Positions 36,026-46,354 of a stretch of 64,000 nt of DNA are shown piece after piece (the stretch's first letter is position 1; each line of letters starts with the position of its first letter). The stretch covers positions 160,001 through 224,000 of the forward strand of contig CAXXHB010000003.1 of NCBI GenBank assembly GCA_963664815.2, in the 5' to 3' direction. A program made the translations under genes and the position numbers. Below the pieces are notes generated by a model that was not told where the DNA came from, did not search any database, and worked only from the letters and a program-made list of their open reading frames with translations. The DNA comes from Spirochaetota bacterium. Its GTDB lineage: Bacteria > Spirochaetota > UBA4802 > UBA5550.

Positions 36026-36026
36026 G

Positions 36027-36485
36027 ATGATAGAAATTCCCAGAACTGATTCAAGGCAACAGGCAAGGGAAGGTGTTAGGTCCAAAACAAGGGCTTCTTC
36101 CGGCGGAGCTAAAATTTCTAAATTTACTTCAGAACTCGATAACAGAATTATTCTTGAATTCAATGGAACAATTGAAGAGCTTATGACTGATCTTAAAGAC
36201 CAGGAAAGGAAATTTCTTGATTCTCAATCTCTCTATGAATTAGAAAAATATAAAGCCATGATTAAAAAAATATTAAAAATGATTCTTGAAAACGGTTTTG
36301 AATCGCGAAAGCTTGAACTTACCGGTCGTGAGAAAAGAATGGGAAGGGCGGAAAAAACCATAGTTGATAAAATTGATGAAAATCTTGTTAAACTTTCTCA
36401 GATGATAACTAAATCAAGTGATGCATTTGATCTGCTTAAAACAATTGAAGAAATAAGAGGACTGATACTTGATCTTGTTTATTAG
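36027..36485 (+). CDS. yaaR: YaaR/DUF327 family protein
   Basis: LEKYKAMIK, IEEIRGLILDL; precedes holB. Confidence 0.85.
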   Translation: MIEIPRTDSRQQAREGVRSKTRASSGGAKISKFTSELDNRIILEFNGTIEELMTDLKDQERKFLDSQSLYELEKYKAMIKKILKMILENGFESRKLELTGREKRMGRAEKTIVDKIDENLVKLSQMITKSSDAFDLLKTIEEIRGLILDLVY

Positions 36486-36520
36486 ACTCTTATCTTTACA
36501 AAAAAAATAAAGAATCATAA

Positions 36521-37522
36521 ATGAACCAGAATGGAATAATCGGACATACTCGTGAATTGAACTATCTTTTATTGTTAAATAAGATTGAGCATATGCCTCA
36601 TTCGGTATTATTCACAGGTCAGAAAGGTATAGGTAAAAGGCTTATAGCTGAAAGATTTTTAAGTTCATTTTTATGCAGAGAAAATGAATCTCCCTGTGGT
36701 TCATGTAATATTTGCAGGCAGATAGCAGCAGGAACTTTTCCTGATCTCATTATACTTGAAAAAGATGAGAAGGGCAAAATACCTGTAGGGAACAAAGAAA
36801 AGCTGATGCCAGGTTCTGTAAGATGGCTTATCGAAAAACTCACTAAAGCTTCAACAACGGGATACTATTCGGTAATTATAGATGGTGTTGATACTATATC
36901 AGAATCAGGACAGAATGCACTTTTAAAAACTATTGAGGAACCTTATTCAAAAACTTATTTCATTCTGATCGCCAGTAATAGAACGGGAATTCTTCCTACA
37001 ATAATTTCAAGATGTATTGAAGTACCATTTCAGCCGTTGAAAAATGAGGAAATTCTCAGTATTATAAAAAATAAAGGGAAGTATTCTTCTGAAACTGGAG
37101 TTAATATAGCAATATCAGGAGGTTCCGCTTATACAGCTCTTAAACTTCATGATGAATCTGTTTATAATGAAATTATGAATATAAGCGTAGCAATTTCAAC
37201 ATTTATAAAGAGTGGTAACAATGAGATGTTTAAATATACAGATGTTAAAGCTGTTCAGGACAGTGAATTTTTATTGACTGTGCTTATTAATATTTACAGT
37301 TTTATTGTCAGGAATGGATTTACAAATGAGTTAAGTCTGTTTTCAGAGGATGTAATTGTTGAACATGAAGATGCTGTTAAAATCATCAAAATACTGCTTA
37401 CATTAAAAATGGGCCTTGGCAACAATCTAAATGTAAAGAATTTTCTGAAAGGATTCATTTATTCTTATAATGCGATTGAAACTACAGGTTTTCCGGAACC
37501 TGATTTTTCGTGGTTAATATGA
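36521..37522 (+). CDS. holB: DNA polymerase III delta' subunit
   Basis: GQKGIGK, Cys Zn motif PCGSCNIC, NALLKTIEEP, LPTIISRC. Confidence 0.9.
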   Translation: MNQNGIIGHTRELNYLLLLNKIEHMPHSVLFTGQKGIGKRLIAERFLSSFLCRENESPCGSCNICRQIAAGTFPDLIILEKDEKGKIPVGNKEKLMPGSVRWLIEKLTKASTTGYYSVIIDGVDTISESGQNALLKTIEEPYSKTYFILIASNRTGILPTIISRCIEVPFQPLKNEEILSIIKNKGKYSSETGVNIAISGGSAYTALKLHDESVYNEIMNISVAISTFIKSGNNEMFKYTDVKAVQDSEFLLTVLINIYSFIVRNGFTNELSLFSEDVIVEHEDAVKIIKILLTLKMGLGNNLNVKNFLKGFIYSYNAIETTGFPEPDFSWLI

Positions 37523-37654
37523 AATTTATATGTGAGTTTGATAATTATAATTCATTTGCGCTTGAAGTGTAAATAGTTGTTAAAAAATAAGAATGGAATT
37601 TCTTAAGTAGTAAAACGATGTTTTGTTGCCCAATATAATTTAATTGAGGATGAT

Positions 37655-38512
37655 ATGGAAGTTTCAGCAGTAAAATTGAGAAATAGCTATCAGATATATT
37701 TTGTTGATACTGATAATTATTTTTTAAAACAGAATTCTGAGTGTGTTGTGGAAATTGAACATGGGATAGATATGGGGCGAGTTGTAAAAATTAAGGGTTA
37801 TCAGAATAATCCGGCAATTTCAGTTACAGGTAAAATTTTGAGGAAGGCAACTCCAGAGGACCTGGAAAAGATACCTGAACTTGAATCTATAGAGGAAAAG
37901 GCTTTTACAGTGTGTCGGGAAAAATCGAAGGCAAAAAATCTTGATATGAAGCTTGTTTCGGTGAAGTGCCTTTTTGACAAAACAAAGATAATTTTTTATT
38001 TTGTAGCTGAAAACAGGATAGATTTCAGGGAACTGGTAAGGGAACTTGCGGCTGTTTTTCGAACTCGCATTGAGATGAGACAAATCGGAGTAAGAGATGA
38101 AGCAAGGATTATAGGTGGGTACGGACCATGTGGTAAACCTATGTGCTGTCTCTACCAGAGAGAGGAGTTTGAACCGGTATCAATTAAAATGGCGAAAGAA
38201 CAAAATCTTAATCTGAATTCTATGAAAATATCCGGTATGTGTGGAAGGCTTTTATGTTGCCTTGGTTTTGAGTATAATACATACAGGGAACTTAATGAAA
38301 CTATGCCGGAAATTGATTCAGTAGTTCTGGCAAGAGATAAAACATTTAAAGTGGTTTCCGTGAATACTCTTAAAGAGACAGTTATGATTAAAGAGGGTGA
38401 CAGGTTTCTTAATATCAGGACAAGAGATATGGAACTTAAAGATGGTAAATACAGGATAAAAGACGAACTGGTGGAAGAATTATTTAAAGTTGATGACGAA
38501 CATGATAAATAG
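37655..38512 (+). CDS. ricT: PSP1-domain Fe-S protein RicT/YaaT
   Basis: RIDFRELV, RQIGVRDEA, GPCG..CC, MAKEQ, GMCGRLLCCL. Confidence 0.92.
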   Translation: MEVSAVKLRNSYQIYFVDTDNYFLKQNSECVVEIEHGIDMGRVVKIKGYQNNPAISVTGKILRKATPEDLEKIPELESIEEKAFTVCREKSKAKNLDMKLVSVKCLFDKTKIIFYFVAENRIDFRELVRELAAVFRTRIEMRQIGVRDEARIIGGYGPCGKPMCCLYQREEFEPVSIKMAKEQNLNLNSMKISGMCGRLLCCLGFEYNTYRELNETMPEIDSVVLARDKTFKVVSVNTLKETVMIKEGDRFLNIRTRDMELKDGKYRIKDELVEELFKVDDEHDK

Positions 38513-38530
38513 ATATTGTTGAGGCGGAAA

Positions 38531-40441
38531 ATGGAAAAAGTTTTTTATGTTACAACTCCGATATATTACGTTAATGCGGAACCGCATATAGGGCATGCAT
38601 ATACTACGATTCTTGCGGATTTTGTTTACAGACTTCATTCTGTGCTGGGATATGACTCATATTTTTTGACTGGTACCGACGAACACGGGGATAAAATTTT
38701 TACTGCAGCAGAGTCGAAGGGAATGACTCCACAGGATTATGCTGATGATATCAGCGGAAAGTTCAGGACAGCATGGGATGACATTGATATTAAGTATTCC
38801 GATTTTATCAGAACCACAGAGCCAAGACATAAGAAAGTTGTTCAGGAGATCTTACAGAAGATTTATGATAAGGGTGATATCTATTTTGGTAGTTATGGTG
38901 GGAACTATTGTGTCGGTTGTGAGAGGTTTCTCACTGATAAAGAGATTGTTGACGGTAAATGTCCCGAACATAACAAAATCCCGCAATTTATTGAAGAAAA
39001 GAATTACTTTTTTAAAATGAGCAAATATCAGGGATGGCTCCTTGATCATATAAATAAGAATCCGGATTTTATAAGGCCGGAGCGCTACAGGAACGAGGTG
39101 GTTTCAATGCTGAAAGGAGATGCTCTTGAAGATCTCTGTATCTCACGTCCGTCTTCAAGGCTAACCTGGGGTATTACATTGCCATTTGATGACAAGTTTG
39201 TTATTTATGTCTGGGTTGACGCTCTTATAAATTATATCAGCGCCCTCGGTTATCCGGATGATATGAAGTATAAGAAATATTGGCCTGCGGTTCAACATAT
39301 TACAGCAAAGGATATTCTTAAGCCTCATGGCGTTTTCTGGCCTGCAATACTGAAGGCCGCAGATATAGAACCTTTTGTAAACCTCAACATTCACGGGTAC
39401 TGGAACATGGATGAAACCAAGATGTCGAAAAGCCTTGGTAATGTTGTTACACCTAATGACCTGGTGAGCAGGTATGGGAATGATCAGATAAGGTATTTTT
39501 TTCTCAGAGAAATGACATTTGGGCTAGATGCAAGATTCAATGAAGATGTTATTATTGACAGAATTAATTATGATCTTGCAAACGATCTTGGAAATCTGAT
39601 CAACCGTACATTCAACATGGCAGGTAAATATTTTGAAGGTAAAATTCCTGAATCCGGCAATGATAAAGCAGGAATAGATGATTTGATAGCGGGATTTAAA
39701 AAAGCATCAGAGAGTTATATAGAGCATTGCTGCAGGTTTCAGACAAGCATTGGTTTGGAGAAGCTCTGGGAGTTTATCCGCTCGCTCAATAAATATGTTG
39801 ATGATACCAAACCTTGGCAGCTTGCAAAAGAAAATAATGTCGACAAACTCTCATCAGTTATACGAAATCTTCTCGAAGCTATATACAGCGTTGCGGTACT
39901 TCTTTCACCCGTACTTATTACAATTTCTCCGGAGATTATTTCTTCACTTAATGCGGATAAAGCGTTAACTGATATTAATTTACTGAGTAGAATGCAAAAC
40001 CTTAAAACCGGTGAGTCACTAAAAAAACTTGGAATACTCTTTCCGAAACTGGAGAAGCTGAAACAGGAAGCAATGCCTGAACTGATTAAAGAGAAAAAGT
40101 CAGAATCAGAAGGTTTAATAGAAATAAGCGATTTTGGAAAAGTTGATATTCGAGTTGCGCAGGTAGTTGATGCAGAAAAAGTTGAGGGATCTGATAAGCT
40201 GTTGTATCTGACTATTGATTCAGGTCTGGATAGACGGCAAATTGTAGCAGGAATTGCTCAGGTTTATTCACCTGAAGAAATGAAAGGGAAAAAAATATTG
40301 ATTGTAGCAAATCTGAAACCGGCAGTGATATTTGGTAAAGAATCGAAGGGAATGCTGCTTGCCGCAAAAAAAAGCAGCAAGGACAAACCGCAGGTAATTT
40401 TTGCAGATGCAAGCATGCCTGTTGGAGCACGGCTTGGTTGA
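38531..40441 (+). CDS. metG: Methionine--tRNA ligase with C-terminal tRNA-binding domain
   Basis: HIGH, GTDEHG, KMSKS, ANLKPA. Confidence 0.98.
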   Translation: MEKVFYVTTPIYYVNAEPHIGHAYTTILADFVYRLHSVLGYDSYFLTGTDEHGDKIFTAAESKGMTPQDYADDISGKFRTAWDDIDIKYSDFIRTTEPRHKKVVQEILQKIYDKGDIYFGSYGGNYCVGCERFLTDKEIVDGKCPEHNKIPQFIEEKNYFFKMSKYQGWLLDHINKNPDFIRPERYRNEVVSMLKGDALEDLCISRPSSRLTWGITLPFDDKFVIYVWVDALINYISALGYPDDMKYKKYWPAVQHITAKDILKPHGVFWPAILKAADIEPFVNLNIHGYWNMDETKMSKSLGNVVTPNDLVSRYGNDQIRYFFLREMTFGLDARFNEDVIIDRINYDLANDLGNLINRTFNMAGKYFEGKIPESGNDKAGIDDLIAGFKKASESYIEHCCRFQTSIGLEKLWEFIRSLNKYVDDTKPWQLAKENNVDKLSSVIRNLLEAIYSVAVLLSPVLITISPEIISSLNADKALTDINLLSRMQNLKTGESLKKLGILFPKLEKLKQEAMPELIKEKKSESEGLIEISDFGKVDIRVAQVVDAEKVEGSDKLLYLTIDSGLDRRQIVAGIAQVYSPEEMKGKKILIVANLKPAVIFGKESKGMLLAAKKSSKDKPQVIFADASMPVGARLG

Positions 40442-40447
40442 TATTTT

Positions 40448-40942
40448 ATGTTAATAGGAATAATGGCAGACACACACAATGATGTTGAGGCTATGAAAAG
40501 AGCCATATCAATATTTAATGGAAGGAACATAAAAATAATAGTTCATGCGGGAGATATTACCTCTCCCCGTATGCTTAATTATCTTAAAGGTTTCGATTGT
40601 TATATTGTTCTGGGAAATGGAGATATAATTGACAGTGAAGAAATTGATATGAAAGTTCAATCGCTAGGAATGAGATCTGTCGATACCAGCGTTGAATTTG
40701 TATGCGATGGCAAAAATTTTATGGTATTTCATGGAGATAACGTTCCGATGTATCGGGCAGCTGTTGCATCAGGAAAGTATAATTATATAATAAAAGGGCA
40801 TACTCACCATTTCGAAAATTATATATCGAATGAATGCAGGATTATTAATCCGGGTGCTGTGTATGGTCACGATGAATCTTCAATAGCAATTCTGGACACT
40901 GATTCGGATAAAGTTGAAAAGATAAGTTTAGAGGAGATATAG
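40448..40942 (+). CDS. YfcE-like metallophosphoesterase
   Basis: DTH, GD, GNGD, HG, GHTH, INPG. Confidence 0.9.
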   Translation: MLIGIMADTHNDVEAMKRAISIFNGRNIKIIVHAGDITSPRMLNYLKGFDCYIVLGNGDIIDSEEIDMKVQSLGMRSVDTSVEFVCDGKNFMVFHGDNVPMYRAAVASGKYNYIIKGHTHHFENYISNECRIINPGAVYGHDESSIAILDTDSDKVEKISLEEI

Positions 40943-40988
40943 GTTTTTCTTTAAGAAGTACAGGATTTGAACCTCTTAAAGAAAAAAT

Positions 40989-41873
40989 TTATTTTATTTT
41001 TTCCATAATCCGTTCAAAATCATCTAGAGAATAATAACTGATTTCAATTCTACCCCTGGTTCCCGAATGTTTTATTTCTACCTTGGTTCCGAGTCTGGTA
41101 ATCAGATCCTCCTCCATCTTTTTTATCTGAGGGTTCTTCACCTGTACTGATTTCTGTTCATAGTTTTTATTATTCTTTCCATTATCATCATTGACCGGTT
41201 CTATTATTGATTCCAGAGATCTGACGGAAAGTCCCTGTTCTATTATTTCGTTGAAAAGACGAATCTGCTTATCCGGATCTTCAATAGAAAGAAGAACCTT
41301 CGCATGACCGGCACTGATCCTTTTATCGATGATACCCTCCTGTATTTCCTCAGGAAGGTTAAGAAGACGCAATGTATTTGTTACTGTAGTTCTGTCTTTA
41401 CCTACTTTTTTTGCCACATCCTGCTGTTTAAGCTTAAACCTGTGTATCATCAGTTTATATGCTTTAGCCTCTTCAATGGCATTGAGATTTTCACGCTGAA
41501 TATTTTCTATAAGTGCCATGGTAAAGTTCTGTTCATCATCAGCTTCTATAACAATACCTTTAATCTTTTTCATTCCGATGAGTTTACAGGCCCTGAATCT
41601 TCGCTCTCCGGCAACAATTATAAATTCTCCATTGTTTTCCCTGACGATAATAGGTTGTATTAATCCAACAGAGTTGATCGACTCAGCTAAACCGGCAATT
41701 TCATTTTCATCAAAAATAGTTCGCGGTTGATCGGGGTTGGGAACTATTTTTAAAATATCAATTTCCCTGATTCTGTTTTTATCATGAATGACACTGTTTT
41801 CAATATCTTCAACGGATGCGGGTGAAGTGGAAATAATCGCACCGAGTCCTTTTCCTAATGCTTTTTTAGTCAT
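40989..41873 (-). CDS. parB: Chromosome partitioning protein ParB
   Basis: LGKGLGA, PDQPR, AGERRFRA, ENIQRE, HTH. Confidence 0.97.
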   Translation of the reverse strand: MTKKALGKGLGAIISTSPASVEDIENSVIHDKNRIREIDILKIVPNPDQPRTIFDENEIAGLAESINSVGLIQPIIVRENNGEFIIVAGERRFRACKLIGMKKIKGIVIEADDEQNFTMALIENIQRENLNAIEEAKAYKLMIHRFKLKQQDVAKKVGKDRTTVTNTLRLLNLPEEIQEGIIDKRISAGHAKVLLSIEDPDKQIRLFNEIIEQGLSVRSLESIIEPVNDDNGKNNKNYEQKSVQVKNPQIKKMEEDLITRLGTKVEIKHSGTRGRIEISYYSLDDFERIMEKIK

Positions 41874-42627
41874 TGTTAATTACCTCTTCAGCAAGTTTTT
41901 CATAAGCGATACTTCCTGGACAGGTTTTGTCGTAATGTCCTATAGGTTTTCCGAATGAAGGAGCCTCTGAAAGCTTGACATTACGTGGTATTATTGTCTG
42001 AAAAACTTTATCCTTGAAATACTCTTTCACGTCATTGACAACCTGCTGAGCAAGATTTGTCCTGGGATCATACATGGTCAGTACAACACCTTCGATCCTC
42101 AGTGATTTGTTAAGATTTTCCTGAACCATTATTATAATGCGAAGCAGCTGGTTTATACCTTCAAGAGCATAATATTCGCATTGAAGAGGTATAAGCACAG
42201 TATCAGCAGCAACAAGGCTGTTCAGTGTTAATACTCCAAGTGATGGAGGGCAGTCTATGAAAATATAATCATAATGATTTTTTATCGCAGCAAGTTTCTT
42301 CTTAAGAATAAATTCATTGCCTTCAATGTCAAGAAGGTCTACCTGTGCACCGGATAGATGTATATTCGCAGGAATAATAGACAGTCCTTCAATATCAGAT
42401 TTAAATATTGCTTCATCAATAGGAATTTCGTCGATCATTACTTCATAGATTGTTGTTTCCATTTCCTCAGCATTAACTCCAATACCATAACCTGCATTAC
42501 CCTGAGGATCTATATCTATTATAAGAACCTTCTTACCTTTATCTGCAAGAAAGGCTGCTACATTTACTGTTGTTGTGGTTTTTGCTACACCACCTTTCTG
42601 ATTGGAAACAGAAATTATTCTTCCCAT
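41866..42627 (-). CDS. parA: Chromosome partitioning ATPase ParA/Soj
   Basis: NQKGGVAKTTT, DIDPQGN, DCPPSLG, EAPSFG. Confidence 0.97.
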   Translation of the reverse strand: MGRIISVSNQKGGVAKTTTTVNVAAFLADKGKKVLIIDIDPQGNAGYGIGVNAEEMETTIYEVMIDEIPIDEAIFKSDIEGLSIIPANIHLSGAQVDLLDIEGNEFILKKKLAAIKNHYDYIFIDCPPSLGVLTLNSLVAADTVLIPLQCEYYALEGINQLLRIIIMVQENLNKSLRIEGVVLTMYDPRTNLAQQVVNDVKEYFKDKVFQTIIPRNVKLSEAPSFGKPIGHYDKTCPGSIAYEKLAEEVINND

Positions 42628-43049
42628 CTGAAAATACTCCTCTTATTGCAGGATTTTTAAAATTATTAGGTGTATTGAGTTATGTTATCTGATAATAGAC
42701 TAACCGGTTTTGCGTATAAAAATATTTTATAAAACAAAGTGAAAACCATTATAATTAATTTGCTGGTTTAATCCAATCATTACATGTCGTAAAATTATAA
42801 TTATTAAAAAACAGGGGTCCGACAAATTTTTTAATACTCCTACAGGCATTTTTTAAAATAAAACTGTCCCTCCTGTATTAACTAATAGATGAAAACTAAT
42901 GTCTATTATGTAAATAAAAAAATAGCAGTTAAATGAAATATTTTATTATAGAATTATAATATGAATTTAAACATATTTTAACGTCAACAATGAAATAATT
43001 ATATTATTTAATATATTTTGAGCTAATGTATTTGCAGTTGGTTGAAATA

Positions 43050-44228
43050 TTACCTTAGTCTGGAAATTGTCACCTTGAGGAAAGCAGCAACGAATACAGC
43101 TCCAAGTATTGAGAGTAATATTTTTACAGTGTAAGTCACTTCCGGGGGTATTACTGCACCATAAGCTGAAATAATGGAATGTAATATAAACCTTTCTTTT
43201 CCGGATGGATATATTTTCACAAAGCAATAATCTTCTTTAAGGGAAATTATATTATAACTCTGGGCTTTTTCCTGAAAATCTTTTGCAACAATTAAAGACA
43301 TATTCCTGTCATAAATTTCAAACATATAAAGAGCATTTTCTGAAAGAAAATGAATTGTATTGTTACCTTCCTTAAGGTTAAAGTAATATGTTCTGTTTGA
43401 CTCACCGCTTAAAAATGAATCCACAATAATTCCTGTAGGCTCCTGAGAGCGGGCTTTAACTCGGTCAATGGCTTCTTCACGAAGATGGCTTCCGGCTATT
43501 CGGTATATATTGAATCTTTTAAATTCACTGTAAACAGTGCTATAATAACTTGTATAAAGTATTTCTCCTCCATCATGAATGATGGCACTTATTGGTCCGG
43601 ACTTTTGCCCACGAGGAGTGGCAAAATCCGCTTCGGCAAGAATTTCAGCTCCGGAAACATCTTTTAAAGCGATCCATCCCGGATATTCCATATAAAGTGC
43701 AACTTTTCTTTTAAGGCTGAATTTAGCAAGATCACCTTTTACATCGGCTTCGATACGTCCCGGAATTCCCATGTAAGGAAAATTGTCAAAGAAATCAAAG
43801 TTATCATAGGCAATAACAAGTTGTTTATAGGCATAACCTGAAAAATAGGAGGATCCTCCATTTTTTGTGTATTTACGGAAATTTTTTTTAAAATCATCGT
43901 GATCGAGTTCGAAGAAATTTTTTGATAATTTTACAGATGTAAAATCCTTTCCCTGCCAGTTTACATCAAGATTGTCTTCATATTCAGAGGAAATGCCGGA
44001 TGGGAAAAAAATAGAATCATATTTTTCGAATGTTGCGTTATCGCCAAGATCCCTGAATTCAATAAGATCGTAGGGTAAATGATATGTATCGAGAACAAGT
44101 TCAATATTATCAAATCTGCTTTTTACAACGGCTATTCTGTTCGCTGCGGATCCGCTGGATACTGAGTATAGTATTAATACGAACGTGGTAAAGATTGCAT
44201 ATATTTTATAAGGTTTATTTATTATCAT
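43050..44228 (-). CDS. Exported protein with class I GATase-like fold and C-terminal membrane anchor
   Basis: Signal peptide; IAVV..FDNIELVL, YDSIFFPSG, NGGSSYFS, GEILYTS; hydrophobic C-terminus. Confidence 0.45.
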   Translation of the reverse strand: MIINKPYKIYAIFTTFVLILYSVSSGSAANRIAVVKSRFDNIELVLDTYHLPYDLIEFRDLGDNATFEKYDSIFFPSGISSEYEDNLDVNWQGKDFTSVKLSKNFFELDHDDFKKNFRKYTKNGGSSYFSGYAYKQLVIAYDNFDFFDNFPYMGIPGRIEADVKGDLAKFSLKRKVALYMEYPGWIALKDVSGAEILAEADFATPRGQKSGPISAIIHDGGEILYTSYYSTVYSEFKRFNIYRIAGSHLREEAIDRVKARSQEPTGIIVDSFLSGESNRTYYFNLKEGNNTIHFLSENALYMFEIYDRNMSLIVAKDFQEKAQSYNIISLKEDYCFVKIYPSGKERFILHSIISAYGAVIPPEVTYTVKILLSILGAVFVAAFLKVTISRLR

Positions 44229-44292
44229 CTAAATCTCCGTGAAGATAATTTCAGTTTTATTCCATGAGTCAATAAAAAAAAGTTGAATATTG

Positions 44293-44326
44293 CATGAACA
44301 TATTATTATTGGTTCATATGTTCATG
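44293..44326. promoter_or_regulatory. Putative ArsR/SmtB operator
   Basis: catgaacatat-N12-atatgttcatg inverted repeat just upstream of the ArsR gene. Confidence 0.6.
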
Positions 44327-44342
44327 TGTGAGGGTTATGTAT

Positions 44343-44648
44343 ATGAAGAACTTTGCGGCTAAACTCGATGATGTTAAAATGATAGATCTTGCCGAGTTTT
44401 ATAAAATTTTCGGAGATCCCACAAGGCTTAAGATTCTTCTTTCGCTGAAAGATGGTGAAGCCAGCGTGACAGATCTTGTAAACAGGTTAAGTATAAATCA
44501 GTCAGCTGTGTCTCACCAGCTGAGGATACTGAAACAGGCAAGGCTTGCAAAGGTCAGAAGAGAAGGGAAAAACGCTTTTTATTCATTTGACGATGAACAT
44601 ATTAATTTAATTTTAAAGTTTGGAATTGAGCATATACTTGAGGTCTAG
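44343..44648 (+). CDS. ArsR/SmtB metal-sensing repressor
   Basis: FGDPTRLKIL, QSAVSHQLRIL, DDEHI...EH alpha5 site. Confidence 0.93.
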   Translation: MKNFAAKLDDVKMIDLAEFYKIFGDPTRLKILLSLKDGEASVTDLVNRLSINQSAVSHQLRILKQARLAKVRREGKNAFYSFDDEHINLILKFGIEHILEV

Positions 44649-44674
44649 TTTTAAAATTATAAAGGAGAAACGGA

Positions 44675-45637
44675 ATGTACAGTCATCATGAAATCGAGGA
44701 TCATCCTCATCATATCAGTCTTAACAGCCATAATCATCAACACGGACATTCACAGAATTCCGGTAACGGCTTCAGATTTATGGCGGTTATTTTACTTAAT
44801 GTAATTATTACTCTGGCGGAGTATATTGGAGGAGTTCTTTCAGGAAGCCTTGCTCTTATTTCTGATGCCGGGCATAATTTCTCTGATGTTCTTTCACTGC
44901 TGCTGGGATATACCGGTGAAAGAGTATCAGAGAAAAATAAAAGCGATTCTTATACTTTCGGGCTGAAACGGTTTGAAGTGCTTATAGCGTTAATTAACGC
45001 GTTGACACTTGTGGCTATAGGATTATATATATTCTATGAGGCCGTTGAACGGTTCAGGAATCCGGTATCGGTAAAGCTTGGTATAATGCTTCCTGTATCA
45101 GTAATTGGTCTGATGGGAAATCTGATATCAATGTTTGTTCTGGGGCATGGCGGGGGTAAGAGTCTGAATGTTCGTGCGGCATTTCTTCATCTTTTCTTTG
45201 ATGCACTCTCATCTATGGCTGTTATTGTTGCGGCTATTGTAATATATTTCACATCGAATTACTGGATGGATATTATTATCAGTTTTTTTATAGCGGTGAT
45301 GATTATCTGGAGTTCTTTCAGTATTATAAAGGAATCGATCAGAATTTTTCTTCAGGGTGTTCCTGAACATATTGATACATCAGAAGTTTACAAAGCTATT
45401 CTTGAGATTGAAAGGGTAGGGAGCATTCATGGACTTCATATATGGTCTATAAACTCCAAAGAAGTATTCCTTTCCTGTCACGTTTGTCTGAATTCTGATT
45501 CGGGGAATTTTTCTGACAGTGTTATAATAGATATTAATTCTATGCTTCAGAAAAAGTTTAATATAGAACATACTACAATACAATCTGAGTTAAGCGATTT
45601 TTGCGGAGGTAATACCGGAGAATGCTGCAGCCGCTGA
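44675..45637 (+). CDS. CDF family cation efflux transporter (CzcD/ZitB-like)
   Basis: His-rich N-terminus, SLALISDAGHNFSD, HLFFD, HGLHIW, HTTIQ. Confidence 0.93.
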   Translation: MYSHHEIEDHPHHISLNSHNHQHGHSQNSGNGFRFMAVILLNVIITLAEYIGGVLSGSLALISDAGHNFSDVLSLLLGYTGERVSEKNKSDSYTFGLKRFEVLIALINALTLVAIGLYIFYEAVERFRNPVSVKLGIMLPVSVIGLMGNLISMFVLGHGGGKSLNVRAAFLHLFFDALSSMAVIVAAIVIYFTSNYWMDIIISFFIAVMIIWSSFSIIKESIRIFLQGVPEHIDTSEVYKAILEIERVGSIHGLHIWSINSKEVFLSCHVCLNSDSGNFSDSVIIDINSMLQKKFNIEHTTIQSELSDFCGGNTGECCSR

Positions 45638-45707
45638 TTTTAATGGTTCAGAGCTGCTTTTATAAAAAAATCAATATCAGCTCTGAACCGGCAAATATTA
45701 TTATTCT

Positions 45708-45944
45708 TTATTCGTTTTTTGCTGCTTCTGAGCATCCACAATTGCAGCTGGAGCTTGTGCATACACCAAGCGGTTTATACGCAGGGCAATACTGTATCCA
45801 TGCTGTTGCGATAAAGAGTGCACCAAGCAGGAAAAGAATTATTCCACCTAAAATGGTGGGCTCAAGTATGATAATGTTAACTAAAAATGATATGCCGATC
45901 AGTGTTCTGATGAAACTGTCAGCGCTTCCCATATTCTTCTGCAT
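45708..45944 (-). CDS. DUF2892/YgaP-like small membrane protein
   Basis: KNMGSADSFIR...two TM...CPAY..LG; GGAGG SD. Confidence 0.85.
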   Translation of the reverse strand: MQKNMGSADSFIRTLIGISFLVNIIILEPTILGGIILFLLGALFIATAWIQYCPAYKPLGVCTSSSCNCGCSEAAKNE

Positions 45945-46354
45945 CTAATTCCTCCGGAATCTGTAAATTGTATAAATAAAACGGTTTATGATAAATCTTA
46001 ATTTTCTGTCATTTCGATTCCGCTTCAATTTATCGGGCTGGAAATCTTTGAGTAATGAATAAGATTTCCCGGTCGCAATAAGTTTATAAATATAACGTAT
46101 TCACAGCTTCTTCAAAACGGCAGCTAATGCCAATTAAAAATGTATCATTATAAATAATGATATTCAAAAACAGATTGATTAGTAAAGGAAAATTTTATTA
46201 TTGACATCAAAAATTACTGCTATTTTTTACTTAACATTGAGTGATTTTTGTGAATATTTTTAAAGAACCAGGAATAACAGACAGAGATGCAGTGAAGCTT
46301 TCTGTTTAGTTCCATATCCCTGGAATATAATTTACTGCCGCAAGTGAGGTTTTT

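Noticed and set aside
42628-43049. Replication origin upstream of parA
   Set aside because: AT-rich but no DnaA boxes or parS palindrome found.
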